From Muribaculaceae bacterium (lineage in GTDB: Bacteria > Bacteroidota > Bacteroidia > Bacteroidales > Muribaculaceae): 64,000 nt of DNA. The notes under the pieces were generated by a model. The model had not been told where the DNA came from. It searched no databases and saw only the letters and a program-made list of their open reading frames with translations. The stretch spans positions 16,466-80,465 of the forward strand of contig JBJEDF010000051.1 in assembly GCA_051871765.1 (NCBI GenBank). The letters run 5' to 3'. A program made the position numbers and the translations under genes. Numbering within the stretch: position 1 is the first letter of the stretch; the number at the start of each line of letters is the position of its first letter. Of this stretch, positions 52,864 through 63,035 are shown piece by piece.

Positions 52864-54891
52864 ATGAATAAACAAGCCGTAGATCACGCGTCAGACAATA
52901 TCCGCATTCTTGCCGCCGCGATGGTCGAGAAGGCCCGTTCGGGTCACCCCGGCGGCGCTATGGGCGGAGCCGACTTTGTGAATGTACTCTACTCTCAGTT
53001 TTTTGTCACAGACCCTGACGATGCCACCTGGCCCGGACGCGACCGTTTCTTCCTGGACCCGGGCCACATGTCGCCGATGCTCTACGGGGTGCTGGCTCTC
53101 ACCGGCAAGTATAGCCTGGAGGAGCTGCAGCAGCTGCGCCAATGGGGCAGCGTGACGCCGGGACACCCTGAGGTGGATAAGCGCCGCGGCATAGAGAACA
53201 CGTCGGGCCCGCTGGGTCAAGGCCACGCTATGGCGGTGGGCGCCGCCATTGCCGAGCGCTTCATGGCAGCGCGTTTTGGCGAGACGCTGGCTCACAAGAC
53301 TTATGCCTTCATCTCAGACGGCGGCATACAGGAGGAGATTTCGCAGGGCGCAGGGCGCATTGCCGGATACCTGGGCTTGTCAAACCTGATAATGTTTTTT
53401 GACAGCAACGGCGTGCAACTCTCTACTGACGTAGATGCCGTAGATACTGAGGACTATGCGGCTAAATACCGCGCCTGGCACTGGAACGTGTTGGAAATCA
53501 ACGGCAACGACGCCACGGCCATCGCCGAGGCTCTGCGCGCCGCCATCGCCGAGAAGGAGCGCCCCACGCTCATCATAGGCCACACCGCCATGGGCAAGGG
53601 CGCCGTGAGCGCCGACGGCGCCTCGTTTGAGGGCCAATGCTCTACCCACGGCCAGCCTCTGAGCAAGTCAGGCGCCGACTATCGCCGCACCATTGCCAAC
53701 CTGGGCGGCAACCCCGACAATCCGTTTGTAATCTTTGACGATGTCAAGGCGCTCTACGCCGAGCGCGAGCAGCAGCTGCGCGCCATCGTGGCTGAGCGCC
53801 GCGCAGCCCACCGCGCCTGGGCCGCCGCTCATCCCGAGGAGGCACGCACCCTTGAGGACTACCTCGCCTGCCGCCTGCCCGAGATTGACTATGAAGCTAT
53901 CACCCACAAGCCCGGCTGCGCCACTCGCACCGCCTCAGCCGACGTGCTGGCAGTGCTGGGCGAGAAGGTGGGCAATATGATAGTGTCATCGGCCGACCTG
54001 GCCAACAGCGACAAGACCGACGCCTTCCTCAAAAAGACCGGAGCCCTGGTCCACGGCGACTTCAGCGGCGCCTTTCTCCACGCCGGCGTGGCTGAGCTGA
54101 CGATGGCAGCCATCGTCAACGGCATAGTGCTGCACGGAGGTATGCATGCCGCCTGCGCCACATTCTTTGTATTCTCTGACTATATGAAGCCCGCCATGCG
54201 CATGGCCGCCCTCATGGAGCTGCCCGTGAAGTATGTGTGGTCTCACGACTCATTCCGCGTGGGCGAGGATGGCCCCACCCACGAGCCCATAGAGCAGGAG
54301 GCACAGCTGCGCCTGCTCGAAGAGGTGCACAACTTCTCGGGGCGCCCCTCGCTGCTGGCGCTGCGCCCCGCCGATGCCGCCGAGACCACTGTGGCATGGG
54401 ACATGGCCATGGCCAACGATGCCACCCCCACCGCCCTGGTGCTCACACGCCAGGATGTGCCCGACCTGCCGGCTCGCAGCGGCAACCGCTATGCCGAGGC
54501 TCAGCAGATGCGCCGCGGCGGCTATGTGGTGCTTGACAGCCCCGAGCCCCGCGTGGTGCTGGTGGCCAACGGCTCTGAAGTGGCCCTGCTATGCTCCGTG
54601 GCTGAGCGCCTCGAGGCTCAAGGCATAGCCTCGCGCGTGGTGTCGATGCCCTCGATAGGCCTCTTCAACGAGCAGAGCGCCGACTATCGCCGCGAGATAC
54701 TGCCCGCCGGAGTGCCTCACTTCGGCCTCACTGCAGGCCTACCCTCCACGCTGCGCGCCATACGCGGCTTTGACGGCGAGATCTACGGCATGACACGCTT
54801 TGGCGCCTCAGCGCCCTACAAGGTGCTCGAGGAGAAATTCGGCTTCACCACCGACAACATCCTCAGCCGCGTGCTCGCCCTGCTGAAATAG
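52864..54891 (+). CDS. tkt: Transketolase
   Basis: SGHPGG, TPGHPE, GPLGQG, SDGGIQE and GEDGPTHEP. Confidence 0.97.
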   Translation: MNKQAVDHASDNIRILAAAMVEKARSGHPGGAMGGADFVNVLYSQFFVTDPDDATWPGRDRFFLDPGHMSPMLYGVLALTGKYSLEELQQLRQWGSVTPGHPEVDKRRGIENTSGPLGQGHAMAVGAAIAERFMAARFGETLAHKTYAFISDGGIQEEISQGAGRIAGYLGLSNLIMFFDSNGVQLSTDVDAVDTEDYAAKYRAWHWNVLEINGNDATAIAEALRAAIAEKERPTLIIGHTAMGKGAVSADGASFEGQCSTHGQPLSKSGADYRRTIANLGGNPDNPFVIFDDVKALYAEREQQLRAIVAERRAAHRAWAAAHPEEARTLEDYLACRLPEIDYEAITHKPGCATRTASADVLAVLGEKVGNMIVSSADLANSDKTDAFLKKTGALVHGDFSGAFLHAGVAELTMAAIVNGIVLHGGMHAACATFFVFSDYMKPAMRMAALMELPVKYVWSHDSFRVGEDGPTHEPIEQEAQLRLLEEVHNFSGRPSLLALRPADAAETTVAWDMAMANDATPTALVLTRQDVPDLPARSGNRYAEAQQMRRGGYVVLDSPEPRVVLVANGSEVALLCSVAERLEAQGIASRVVSMPSIGLFNEQSADYRREILPAGVPHFGLTAGLPSTLRAIRGFDGEIYGMTRFGASAPYKVLEEKFGFTTDNILSRVLALLK

Positions 54892-54920
54892 CGCCCCGCC
54901 ACCCACCACATCGCAGAGCT

Positions 54921-56531
54921 ATGAAGCGACTGACCGCGTGGCTCATCACACTGATATGTATCGGCTCTCCGGCAGTGACCGCCACCGCGGCGACCACCGC
55001 CGGAGCTGACACATTGCTGCTGCGACTGGACCACACCATCGCCGTGCGCGACAGCCTCTGTGCGGAGCGCCGCCTCGGCATTCAATCCACTCTGCTGCGC
55101 GCCGAAGCTGCCGCCGGCGGCGATGCCGAGCTCTACGGCATATACCGCGACCTCTACGGCTTGTACCTCTCATACCGCGTGGACTCGGCGCTGTGGGTGG
55201 CCGAGAAGCGCCTGCGCTGCGCCACCAATATGGCTGATAAGTCAAAGATTATCTCGGCCTCGCTCAACCTCGCCGAGAGCTACTCGGCATCGGCTGACTA
55301 CTACAACACTCTACAGACGCTCGACTCCCTCGACCGCAGCGCCATGCAGCCCTATCACCTCAAATACCTATATAATATATATAGCTCAACCTACACGCGT
55401 ATGGCCAAGGCCGACGCCATACAGTCGCGCCGTCTGCTCTACGACTCCAAAGTGCGCAACTACCGCGACTCGCTGCTGGCGCTCTTCGGCGATGACACCC
55501 CCGAATACTACAACATCAAGAGTATGCAGCTCGCCGACGCCGGATACTGGCAGCAGGCGCTGACGCTGATGCTTAAATGCCAAGAGCGCTTTGGCATCGA
55601 TGACAACCCGCGTGCCCTCGGCCTTATGGCTAAAATCTATGGTCAAAGCGGCGACCGCAGCCTGCAGAAACGTTACCTCGCCCTCTCGGCCATGCTCGAC
55701 CTCCAAGCCGGCAAGAAAGACTATGCCTCGCTCATGGAGCTGGCCAAGCTGCTCAACGAGGACCACGACCACGAGCGCGCATACCGCTACATACGGTGCG
55801 CCTTGGAGGATGCCTCATTCTGCAACGCCCGCAGCCGCACCTCCGAAATCCTGGAGTCGGTGCCCATCATCGATGCCGCTTACAATCAGGCCGAGCGTGA
55901 GGAGAAGATGCGCCTGCGCCTGCTCACCGCCATCATCGCCGTGCTGACGGTGCTGCTGGGTGTGGCGCTATATGTCACGCGCCACCACCTGCGCAAAAAC
56001 AAGTATATCTCAGCCGCTCTCGATGAGTCAAACAGCCGCCTCGCTCTGGCCAACACGCGCCTCACCGAGGCCAACGAGGTCAAGGAGCGATGCATCACCG
56101 AGCTCTTTGATGCTCACGGCAGCTACATTGAGCGCTTTGTGGAATATCGCAAGCAAGTGTATCGCCTGCTGAAGACCTCCCAGTTTGATGCTGCCTCGGC
56201 AATGACCAAATCCACACAGTTTGAGAGCGATGAGACACGCCGCTTATACGCTCGCTTTGACACCATCTTCCTGAGCATATACCCTCGCTTCATCGCCGAC
56301 TTCAACGACGTGGTGGTGGCCGAAGCACGCCTCGACAGCGACACCATCAGCCTAACCCCCGAGCTGCGAGTCCTGGCGCTGATGCGTCTGGGCATCACCT
56401 CCAGCAGCCACATCGCCAAGGTGCTCAACTACACGCCCCAGACCGTGTATAACTACCGCTCTCGCATCAAGAGCATGCTTGCCATCGACTACGACACATT
56501 CATGGCACGGCTGCCGCAGATGGGCAAGTGA
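54921..56531 (+). CDS. DUF6377 / SusR-like transmembrane transcriptional regulator
   Basis: Signal peptide, TPR-like periplasmic domain, one TM segment, EANEVKE, FDTIFLSIYPRF and HTH ELRVLALMRLGI...IAKVLNY...TVYNYR. Confidence 0.88.
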   Translation: MKRLTAWLITLICIGSPAVTATAATTAGADTLLLRLDHTIAVRDSLCAERRLGIQSTLLRAEAAAGGDAELYGIYRDLYGLYLSYRVDSALWVAEKRLRCATNMADKSKIISASLNLAESYSASADYYNTLQTLDSLDRSAMQPYHLKYLYNIYSSTYTRMAKADAIQSRRLLYDSKVRNYRDSLLALFGDDTPEYYNIKSMQLADAGYWQQALTLMLKCQERFGIDDNPRALGLMAKIYGQSGDRSLQKRYLALSAMLDLQAGKKDYASLMELAKLLNEDHDHERAYRYIRCALEDASFCNARSRTSEILESVPIIDAAYNQAEREEKMRLRLLTAIIAVLTVLLGVALYVTRHHLRKNKYISAALDESNSRLALANTRLTEANEVKERCITELFDAHGSYIERFVEYRKQVYRLLKTSQFDAASAMTKSTQFESDETRRLYARFDTIFLSIYPRFIADFNDVVVAEARLDSDTISLTPELRVLALMRLGITSSSHIAKVLNYTPQTVYNYRSRIKSMLAIDYDTFMARLPQMGK

Positions 56532-56574
56532 GTGTGTTGCAGCGCCCGCCATCACTCACTGCTGACACTGAATT

Positions 56575-56698
56575 ATCTACTTTAATCCTCCTTGTTGCAT
56601 CAGCTAATCGGTTGTGGCATAGAGACTTGTATCTATCTGCAATCTACTTACCGCCCTTAATTGCTATTGACAATCGCTCACCTTGCGCGCTACCTTTG
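56575..56698 (+). promoter_or_regulatory. Promoter with upstream ATCTACTT direct repeat
   Basis: ATCTACTT at 56575-56582 and 56642-56649, and a TACCTTTG -7 box at 56691-56698. Confidence 0.55.
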
Positions 56699-56738
56699 CG
56701 ATAGTTAACAAACAACCTTAAACTAAACACCAACTCCG

Positions 56739-59700
56739 ATGAAACAAATCCTATTAGCACTGACAGCCATAGTGGGCCTGGCATGGTCATCGCCGGCTGT
56801 CACCTTCAACGTGAGCGTGCCTGCAGGCACCAAGGCCTGCTACATCGCCGGCAGCTTCAACGGCTGGGACGCCGGCGGCGCCGTGCAGATGCAAAAATCC
56901 GGCACCGACACCTTCACTCTCACCCTCGACGATGTCAGCGACGCCGACCTCACTGCCGGCTTCAAATATCTGAGTGGACCGGCGTGGGCCTATGTGGAGA
57001 AAGATGCCTCCGGCAATGAAATCTCAAACCGCACCACCGCCACAGCCCTCGATGTGGTAGGCAGCTGGGCCGCGCTCTTCAACCCCGACATCGTGCAGAC
57101 CACCCTCATGGTCAACGGCTACGAGCGCCGCGTGCGCGTAAGCCTCCCGGCAGGCTATGCTGACAACACTGACAAGACCTACCCGGTGCTCTACTACACC
57201 GGCGTGCAGCAACGCTACGCAGCCGGCGGCTCTGACGATGCCGGCGATGACTTCTTCGCTCAAAACTCATGGGACGCCGCCACCACCGCCGAGGCTCTGC
57301 AAAACGCCGGCGCCGAGGGCTGCATCCTCGTGGAGATGTATGGCTTCGTGGCCGAGAACATACCCTACGCCGTAGATGACTTCATGGGCAGCGGTGCCGC
57401 CGACGCCTTCATCGCCGACTTTGTCAACGTGGTGATGCCCTACGTGGAGAGCAACTACCGCGTAGCCGGCGGTGCCGACGCCACAACCATCATGGGCGCA
57501 GACCTGGGCGGCCTGCTCAGCCTTTACGCCGCCATCACGCGCCCCGACACCTTCGGCCGCTGTATCGCCATGTCGCCGCTGCTGTGGCTCAACAGCGACC
57601 AAATGCTCAGCCTCGCCGCTGACGCCACCACATTGCCGCGCATACTGCTGACCTACGGCTCCGGCGAGACCGCCGTCATTACCGACCACGTCACCGCCAT
57701 GGCAGATGCGCTCAAGGCCGCCGGCGCCGATGTGGCCACCACTGTATATGTCAACGCCGTGCACGACGACACCTCATGGGGCAAAGCCTTTGCCACGGTA
57801 TATCCCTACGCCGTGGATAGCTCTTACACCCCCGAGCAAAGCGTGACCCTCGACGCCCCGGCGCGCATCGTCGCCGCGGCCGCCGATATCACCACCGCCC
57901 AATATGCCCTCTTCAATGCCATCGACACCCAAGAGGTGGTCATTGACAACAGCGTGCAATTTGACCTCCACAACGACTTCGTGCTCAAAGACGGCTCTGT
58001 AGTGACCGCTCAAATCCTCGTCAAAGATATCCCCGTAGATGTAAAGACCAAATACTACTGGAATGTGGGCCGCAGCAACGGCGACGGCACATACACCATG
58101 CTGCTCGATGCTGTGAAAAACGTGGGCTTCAGCAGCAAAAAGACCGCCGTGTCGTGGCACCGCGTGGCCATCCGCGATGACGAGTCAATAGAAAATGTGG
58201 CAGTGTCATCAGCCGCCTTCCGCCTCATCACCGCTGCCGAGACCATCACCATGAGCGTCAGCGGCGACCATCAGGTGCAAGCCACTGCCACCTTCCTCGA
58301 TGTTGACAAGACCTTCACCGTGCACTACGGCAGCGTCAACTCCGGCTCTGATATGGGCGAGATCACCGACACCCTCAGCGTTGGCGATGACTGCACCGAG
58401 GCAGTCATCACTTACGACTTCGTCACCAACAGCGTCAGCATCACCGAGACCAAGCATGGCAGTTCGATAGGCGACGGCGTGGTCACCACCTTTGCCGCCG
58501 TGCCCGCCGTCACCATCGCCGGCAAGACCTCAGCTATCACGCTCGTCATCGACCCCGAGAGCGAATGCACACCTACAGCCTCACTAATATACAACTACGG
58601 CGAGGCTCAGCCGCTGGCACTCACCGCAACCGACGTTGCCGGCTACTACACCGCCGCCCTTGCCCTCGATGCTGAAGGCCTATACACCATCACCGTAGAT
58701 CTCACACGCGGCCAAACCGTCAAGGCCGATGCCGCCGCCATCTCAATACGCGCCCTCAGCGCCGAGAGTGCAGCCCTCGAGCAGCAGCCACTCACCGTCA
58801 ACGCCTACGAAGGCATCAACTGGGAGGCCACCGAGCGCTACAAAGCCAACTTCCACACACACACTTCGCAATCGTTTGACACACAGTTTGCCACCCATGA
58901 GGTTGTAGATTTATATCACAACGCCGGATACAAAATCCTCGCCCTCACCGACCACGACGTCAATCCCTACCCGTGGACTAACTTTGACCTCTATAACCCC
59001 GCCGCCGAGAGCCGCGACCCCGCAGCGCTGGAGATGCTTGCCGTGCCCGGCGTGGAGCTCAGCAAAGACAACCGCAATACCTGGGACGAGCAGTCAGGAG
59101 GCTCATTTAACCACCACAACGATTTCTTCACCGGCCGCAAAGGCCAGGAATTTGCCACCCTGCGCGAGTCTTACGCCTACACACAGGCACTGGGAGGCAT
59201 GCAAATCATCAACCACCCCGGACAATACTGGAGCCTCGACACCGAATACACTCCCGGCGCCAAAAACTCGCCCGAATGGCACGCCGAGAACTTCACCCTC
59301 TACAGCAGCCTTGTGGGCCTCGAAGTATATAACCAAGGCAACCGACGCCCCAACGACCGCATCCTCTGGGACCAAATCCTTGACCTGACGATGCCCGCCC
59401 GCCCCGTGTGGGGATACTCCTGCGATGACACACACACCCGCGAGCAATACTTCCGCAACTACCAGTATATGCTCATGCCCGAGCTCACCACTGATGCCCT
59501 CAAAGACGCTATGGCTGCCGGAGCTCAATACTTCAGCTATGAGCCCGAAGGCTCAGGCGAGGCCAAAGCGCCCCATATCAATGCCATCACCGTCAATGAT
59601 GACACACACACCATAGCTATCGACAGCCCCGACGCCACCACAATCTACTGGATCAGCGGCACCAACCGCGCCGCCGGCGCTGCAGCCTCCTCTCGCCACT

Positions 59701-60092
59701 CCACCGTGGTGGGCATAGGCGAAGTGTTTGACTACACCGGATTTATGGGCACATACGTGCGTGCCCTCCTGGTCAACGAATATGGCGAGACCTGTACCCA
59801 GCCCTTCGGCTTTGGCGATGCTCCATCAGCCATCAGCGATGACCTCGCCGAGCAAGCGCTCCATAGCGTGACCATGTATCCCAACCCGGCCACCGATATC
59901 GTCAATGTCAGCAGCAGCGACCCTATCCGCGCCATCACCGTGCACAGTATGTCAGGAGCCATGATGCTGCAACTGCCGGGCATCGGCACCACCGCAATGT
60001 CTTTTGACGCCACGGCGCTGCCCGCCGGTACCTATTTGGCTACCATCGCTACTGACCTGTCAGCCTCCACCATCAAGCTGATCGTCAAGTAA
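56739..60092 (+). CDS. T9SS-secreted multidomain protein: CBM20-like + alpha/beta hydrolase + beta-rich region + PHP-type metallohydrolase + type A CTD
   Basis: CBM20-like VTFNVSVP...YIAGSFNGW; hydrolase VSLPAGY...YPVLY...GADLGG...H; PHP-type NFHTH, TDHD, GVE, NHP, EVYN, DDTH; CTD YPNPAT...KLIVK. Confidence 0.85.
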   Translation: MKQILLALTAIVGLAWSSPAVTFNVSVPAGTKACYIAGSFNGWDAGGAVQMQKSGTDTFTLTLDDVSDADLTAGFKYLSGPAWAYVEKDASGNEISNRTTATALDVVGSWAALFNPDIVQTTLMVNGYERRVRVSLPAGYADNTDKTYPVLYYTGVQQRYAAGGSDDAGDDFFAQNSWDAATTAEALQNAGAEGCILVEMYGFVAENIPYAVDDFMGSGAADAFIADFVNVVMPYVESNYRVAGGADATTIMGADLGGLLSLYAAITRPDTFGRCIAMSPLLWLNSDQMLSLAADATTLPRILLTYGSGETAVITDHVTAMADALKAAGADVATTVYVNAVHDDTSWGKAFATVYPYAVDSSYTPEQSVTLDAPARIVAAAADITTAQYALFNAIDTQEVVIDNSVQFDLHNDFVLKDGSVVTAQILVKDIPVDVKTKYYWNVGRSNGDGTYTMLLDAVKNVGFSSKKTAVSWHRVAIRDDESIENVAVSSAAFRLITAAETITMSVSGDHQVQATATFLDVDKTFTVHYGSVNSGSDMGEITDTLSVGDDCTEAVITYDFVTNSVSITETKHGSSIGDGVVTTFAAVPAVTIAGKTSAITLVIDPESECTPTASLIYNYGEAQPLALTATDVAGYYTAALALDAEGLYTITVDLTRGQTVKADAAAISIRALSAESAALEQQPLTVNAYEGINWEATERYKANFHTHTSQSFDTQFATHEVVDLYHNAGYKILALTDHDVNPYPWTNFDLYNPAAESRDPAALEMLAVPGVELSKDNRNTWDEQSGGSFNHHNDFFTGRKGQEFATLRESYAYTQALGGMQIINHPGQYWSLDTEYTPGAKNSPEWHAENFTLYSSLVGLEVYNQGNRRPNDRILWDQILDLTMPARPVWGYSCDDTHTREQYFRNYQYMLMPELTTDALKDAMAAGAQYFSYEPEGSGEAKAPHINAITVNDDTHTIAIDSPDATTIYWISGTNRAAGAAASSRHSTVVGIGEVFDYTGFMGTYVRALLVNEYGETCTQPFGFGDAPSAISDDLAEQALHSVTMYPNPATDIVNVSSSDPIRAITVHSMSGAMMLQLPGIGTTAMSFDATALPAGTYLATIATDLSASTIKLIVK

Positions 60093-60122
60093 AGACTCGT
60101 CAGATCCCCCTCTGCTATGCAT

Positions 60123-60155
60123 AAGCCGCGCCCCCGGTGTCAGGGAGCGCGGCTT
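60123..60155. terminator. Bidirectional terminator between convergent genes
   Basis: AAGCCGCGC...GCGCGGCTT stem between the T9SS gene and efp. Confidence 0.7.
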
Positions 60156-60218
60156 CATTGCTTATGTACAAACTGAGAGCTATGCATCACGCACAGCGCT
60201 CTTTACCTTAAAATCAGA

Positions 60219-60785
60219 TTATTGCTTGATGCGCTCTACGTATGAGCCGTCGCGCGTGTCGATGCGCACCTTGTCGCCGATGTTGCAGAACAGGGGCACG
60301 CGCACCTCAGCGCCGGTCTCCACGGTGGCGGGCTTGAGAGTGTTGGTGGCGGTGTCGCCTTTGATGCCGGGCTCGGTATAGGTGATCTCGAGCACTACGC
60401 TGGTAGGCATCTCGCAGGTGAGGATGGTGTCAGAGGCAGCGTGCACGTTGGCCTCGCAGATGTCGCCTTCCTTGAGGAATTTGACGCCCTCGATTTGCTC
60501 GCCGGGGATTGATACTTGCTCAAAAGTCTCGGTGTGCATGAAGTTGTAGCCCATATCGTCTTTGTAGAGGAACTGATAGGGGCGACGCTCGATGCGCACT
60601 TCCTCGACCTTAACGCCGGAGTTCCACGTCTTGTCGATGATACGACCGGTTTTGACGTTTTTGAGCTTGGTGCGGACGAAAGCGGGGCCTTTGCCGGGCT
60701 TTACGTGTAAGAACTCCACGATGAAGAAGAAGTTGCCGTCGATTTCGAGGCACATGCCGTTTTTGAAATCAGCTGTTGTTGCCAT
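60219..60785 (-). CDS. efp: Elongation factor P
   Basis: [29 protein letters not shown] and VPLF. TAACTTTG box at 60869-60876. Confidence 0.98.
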   Translation of the reverse strand: MATTADFKNGMCLEIDGNFFFIVEFLHVKPGKGPAFVRTKLKNVKTGRIIDKTWNSGVKVEEVRIERRPYQFLYKDDMGYNFMHTETFEQVSIPGEQIEGVKFLKEGDICEANVHAASDTILTCEMPTSVVLEITYTEPGIKGDTATNTLKPATVETGAEVRVPLFCNIGDKVRIDTRDGSYVERIKQ

Positions 60786-60916
60786 AAATTACTATATGAT
60801 GTTGCTTAATTATTTGATAATCAATGCAATAAGGCCGACTGAGGCCGAGCCGCTAACATTTGAGACCACAAAGTTACAAAATTTTTCACTTATCGCGCAC
60901 GTTATGAGCCAAATAA

Positions 60917-60973
60917 TTTTTGCCCGCCGGCGGGCGCCGCTGCGAGGGAGCGGTTCGGCCGGGCGGGCAAAAA
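60917..60973 (-). terminator. Terminator after ald
   Basis: TTTTTGCCCGCC...GGCGGGCAAAAA inverted repeat. Confidence 0.65.
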
Positions 60974-61016
60974 CTATGTCAGCGGCGCCGATATGGCGTC
61001 TGTTGGGGGGGGAGGG

Positions 61017-62123
61017 TCAGAGGGCCGGCGGGGTGTAGGGCAGGTCCCATGCCTCGGCTACGCCCTTGAAGTGGATTTTGCCATCGACCACGTTGACACC
61101 TTGAGCAAGGCCGTCGTCGGCGCGGCATGCTTCCTTCCAACCCATGTCGGCGAGGCGCAGAGCGTAGGGCAGGGTGGCATTGGTGAGCGCCAGCGTGGAG
61201 GTGTAGGGCACGGCGCCGGGGATATTGGCCACGGCATAGTGCACGATGCCATCGACGGTATATACGGGGTCAGAGTGAGTGGTGGGGTGTGAAGTCTCAA
61301 ACGAGCCGCCCTGGTCGATGGCTACATCCACGAGCACGGTGCCGGGCTTCATCAGCGGCAGCATGTCGCGCGTAATCAGATGCGGCGTCTTGGCGCCGGG
61401 GATAAGCACGGAGCCGATCACCAGGTCGGTGGTAGGCAGCTCGGCCTCGATATTGTGGCGCGAGGAGTAGAGCGTCTTGACATTGGAGGGCATCACCTCG
61501 GCGAGATGGCGCAGTGTGGGCAGCGAGATATCGGTGATGGTGACGTCGGCGCCCAAGCCGGCAGCCATACGAGCGGCATTGCTGCCCACTACGCCGCCGC
61601 CGAGCACGAGCACCTTGGCGGGCTTGACACCGGGCACACCGCCCATCAAGATGCCTTTGCCGCCCTGCGGACGCTCGAGAAAGCGAGCACCCTCCTGCAC
61701 CGACATGCGGCCGGCCACCTCGCTCATGGGTACGAGCAGCGGCAGACGACCCTGGCGGTCGCGTATGGTCTCGTAGGCGATGCACGTGGCGCCGGAGGCG
61801 AGCATGGCATCGGTGAGCTCGCGGTCGCTGGCAAAGTGGAAGTAGGTGAAGAGCAGCTGCCCTTTGCGCACGAGCTTATACTCCGGCTCTATGGGCTCTT
61901 TGACTTTGATTATCATCTCGGCGATAGCGTAGGTCTCCTCGATGGTGGGCAGTATGGTAGCTCCGGCTTTGACGTAGTCGTCGTCGCTGAAGCCGCTGCC
62001 GCAGCCTGCGGTGGCTTGCACATACACCTTGTGGCCGTGGGCCACCAATTCTTTGACACCCGAGGGCGTCACAGCTACGCGGTTTTCGTTGTTTTTGATT
62101 TCTTTTGGTACGCCGATAATCAT
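61017..62123 (-). CDS. ald: Alanine dehydrogenase
   Basis: [40 protein letters not shown] and VANIPGAVP. Confidence 0.98.
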   Translation of the reverse strand: MIIGVPKEIKNNENRVAVTPSGVKELVAHGHKVYVQATAGCGSGFSDDDYVKAGATILPTIEETYAIAEMIIKVKEPIEPEYKLVRKGQLLFTYFHFASDRELTDAMLASGATCIAYETIRDRQGRLPLLVPMSEVAGRMSVQEGARFLERPQGGKGILMGGVPGVKPAKVLVLGGGVVGSNAARMAAGLGADVTITDISLPTLRHLAEVMPSNVKTLYSSRHNIEAELPTTDLVIGSVLIPGAKTPHLITRDMLPLMKPGTVLVDVAIDQGGSFETSHPTTHSDPVYTVDGIVHYAVANIPGAVPYTSTLALTNATLPYALRLADMGWKEACRADDGLAQGVNVVDGKIHFKGVAEAWDLPYTPPAL

Positions 62124-62350
62124 AATGTTAGGTAGATTTAAGGGTTAGTTGATAGATAAGATAATTACTGTATTTTGGGCATCTAATCCCGCAGGATTTT
62201 TTCCGCGCTAAATTTAGCGAGAATTTTTGAGAAATTATCCACCGGAGGCCGATTTTTTTGAAAAAATTTTTGTTACACCGCAGTGTCTGCGGCGCCGGCA
62301 ATCAAGACCGGCATGATGTCAAAGTCTTCTCTCGACCGAATTAAAATTAA

Positions 62351-62396
62351 GCGAGTCCATAACATTGTAGTTTTTGCTACAAAGTTATGGACCCGC
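62351..62396. repeat. Long imperfect inverted repeat at the island boundary
   Basis: GCGAGTCCATAACATTGTAG-N6-CTACAAAGTTATGGACCCGC; 20-bp arms with 2 mismatches. Confidence 0.7.
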
Positions 62397-62423
62397 AATG
62401 CGTTCCGAAAAGACAAGGATTAT

Positions 62424-63032
62424 TTAATACCATCCTGAAAGTTGCAGATAGCAACGATCTTCACCACTTCCGTCTCCATCCCACCAATTTGCTAATGAGA
62501 GACGAATAATTGTGCCTGCAGGGATTCGTTTTACAATTTCTTGGAAGCCTACAAATTTCAATCGCGTTTGTTTATATTTGTAGTAATGTTTGCCAAATTG
62601 TTCAGTATAGATGAGATCCGAATCTGCAATCCAAAACTGAGTGCTGAACGAAGGTATATCTTCTCTGTTAACGAAGTTTTTATTCCCTTGAATAACCAAA
62701 CAACCTTCAAATGTTTCTTCTAAACGGCCATTTGTTAACCTTGACCCAAAATTGTGGGTCCTTATAAAGTTAATAATACCTGATAATCCCACATTATTAA
62801 TCTTTTCAATTGGAGAAGTTTGCTTATCTTCTACGTGCGGTTCGGGTCGTGCATTCCATGCATCTGCTACGTCCATTCTCCATCGGTCACCTATCTCGTA
62901 TGGTGCATCATCCGATAAATTACCTCCACGCTCATTATGTATACGTATTAATTCACACGTTTGCTCAATAATACCACCAACGCATACACCATTGCGCATT
63001 TGAGTTTTTGATACGATTAATACGGTTGCCAT
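62424..63032 (-). CDS. Dual-OB-fold-like protein
   Basis: N-terminal LIVSKTQM..GVCVGG...LIR, PHVED, and C-terminal RLSLA..W...CYLQLSGW; adjacent to DUF488-like genes. Confidence 0.65.
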   Translation of the reverse strand: MATVLIVSKTQMRNGVCVGGIIEQTCELIRIHNERGGNLSDDAPYEIGDRWRMDVADAWNARPEPHVEDKQTSPIEKINNVGLSGIINFIRTHNFGSRLTNGRLEETFEGCLVIQGNKNFVNREDIPSFSTQFWIADSDLIYTEQFGKHYYKYKQTRLKFVGFQEIVKRIPAGTIIRLSLANWWDGDGSGEDRCYLQLSGWY

Positions 63033-63035
63033 GTG

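Noticed and set aside
62270-62345. Possible tRNA or att site at the island boundary
   Set aside because: No cloverleaf, T-loop GTTCGA or CCA end is visible, and no direct-repeat partner lies within the window.
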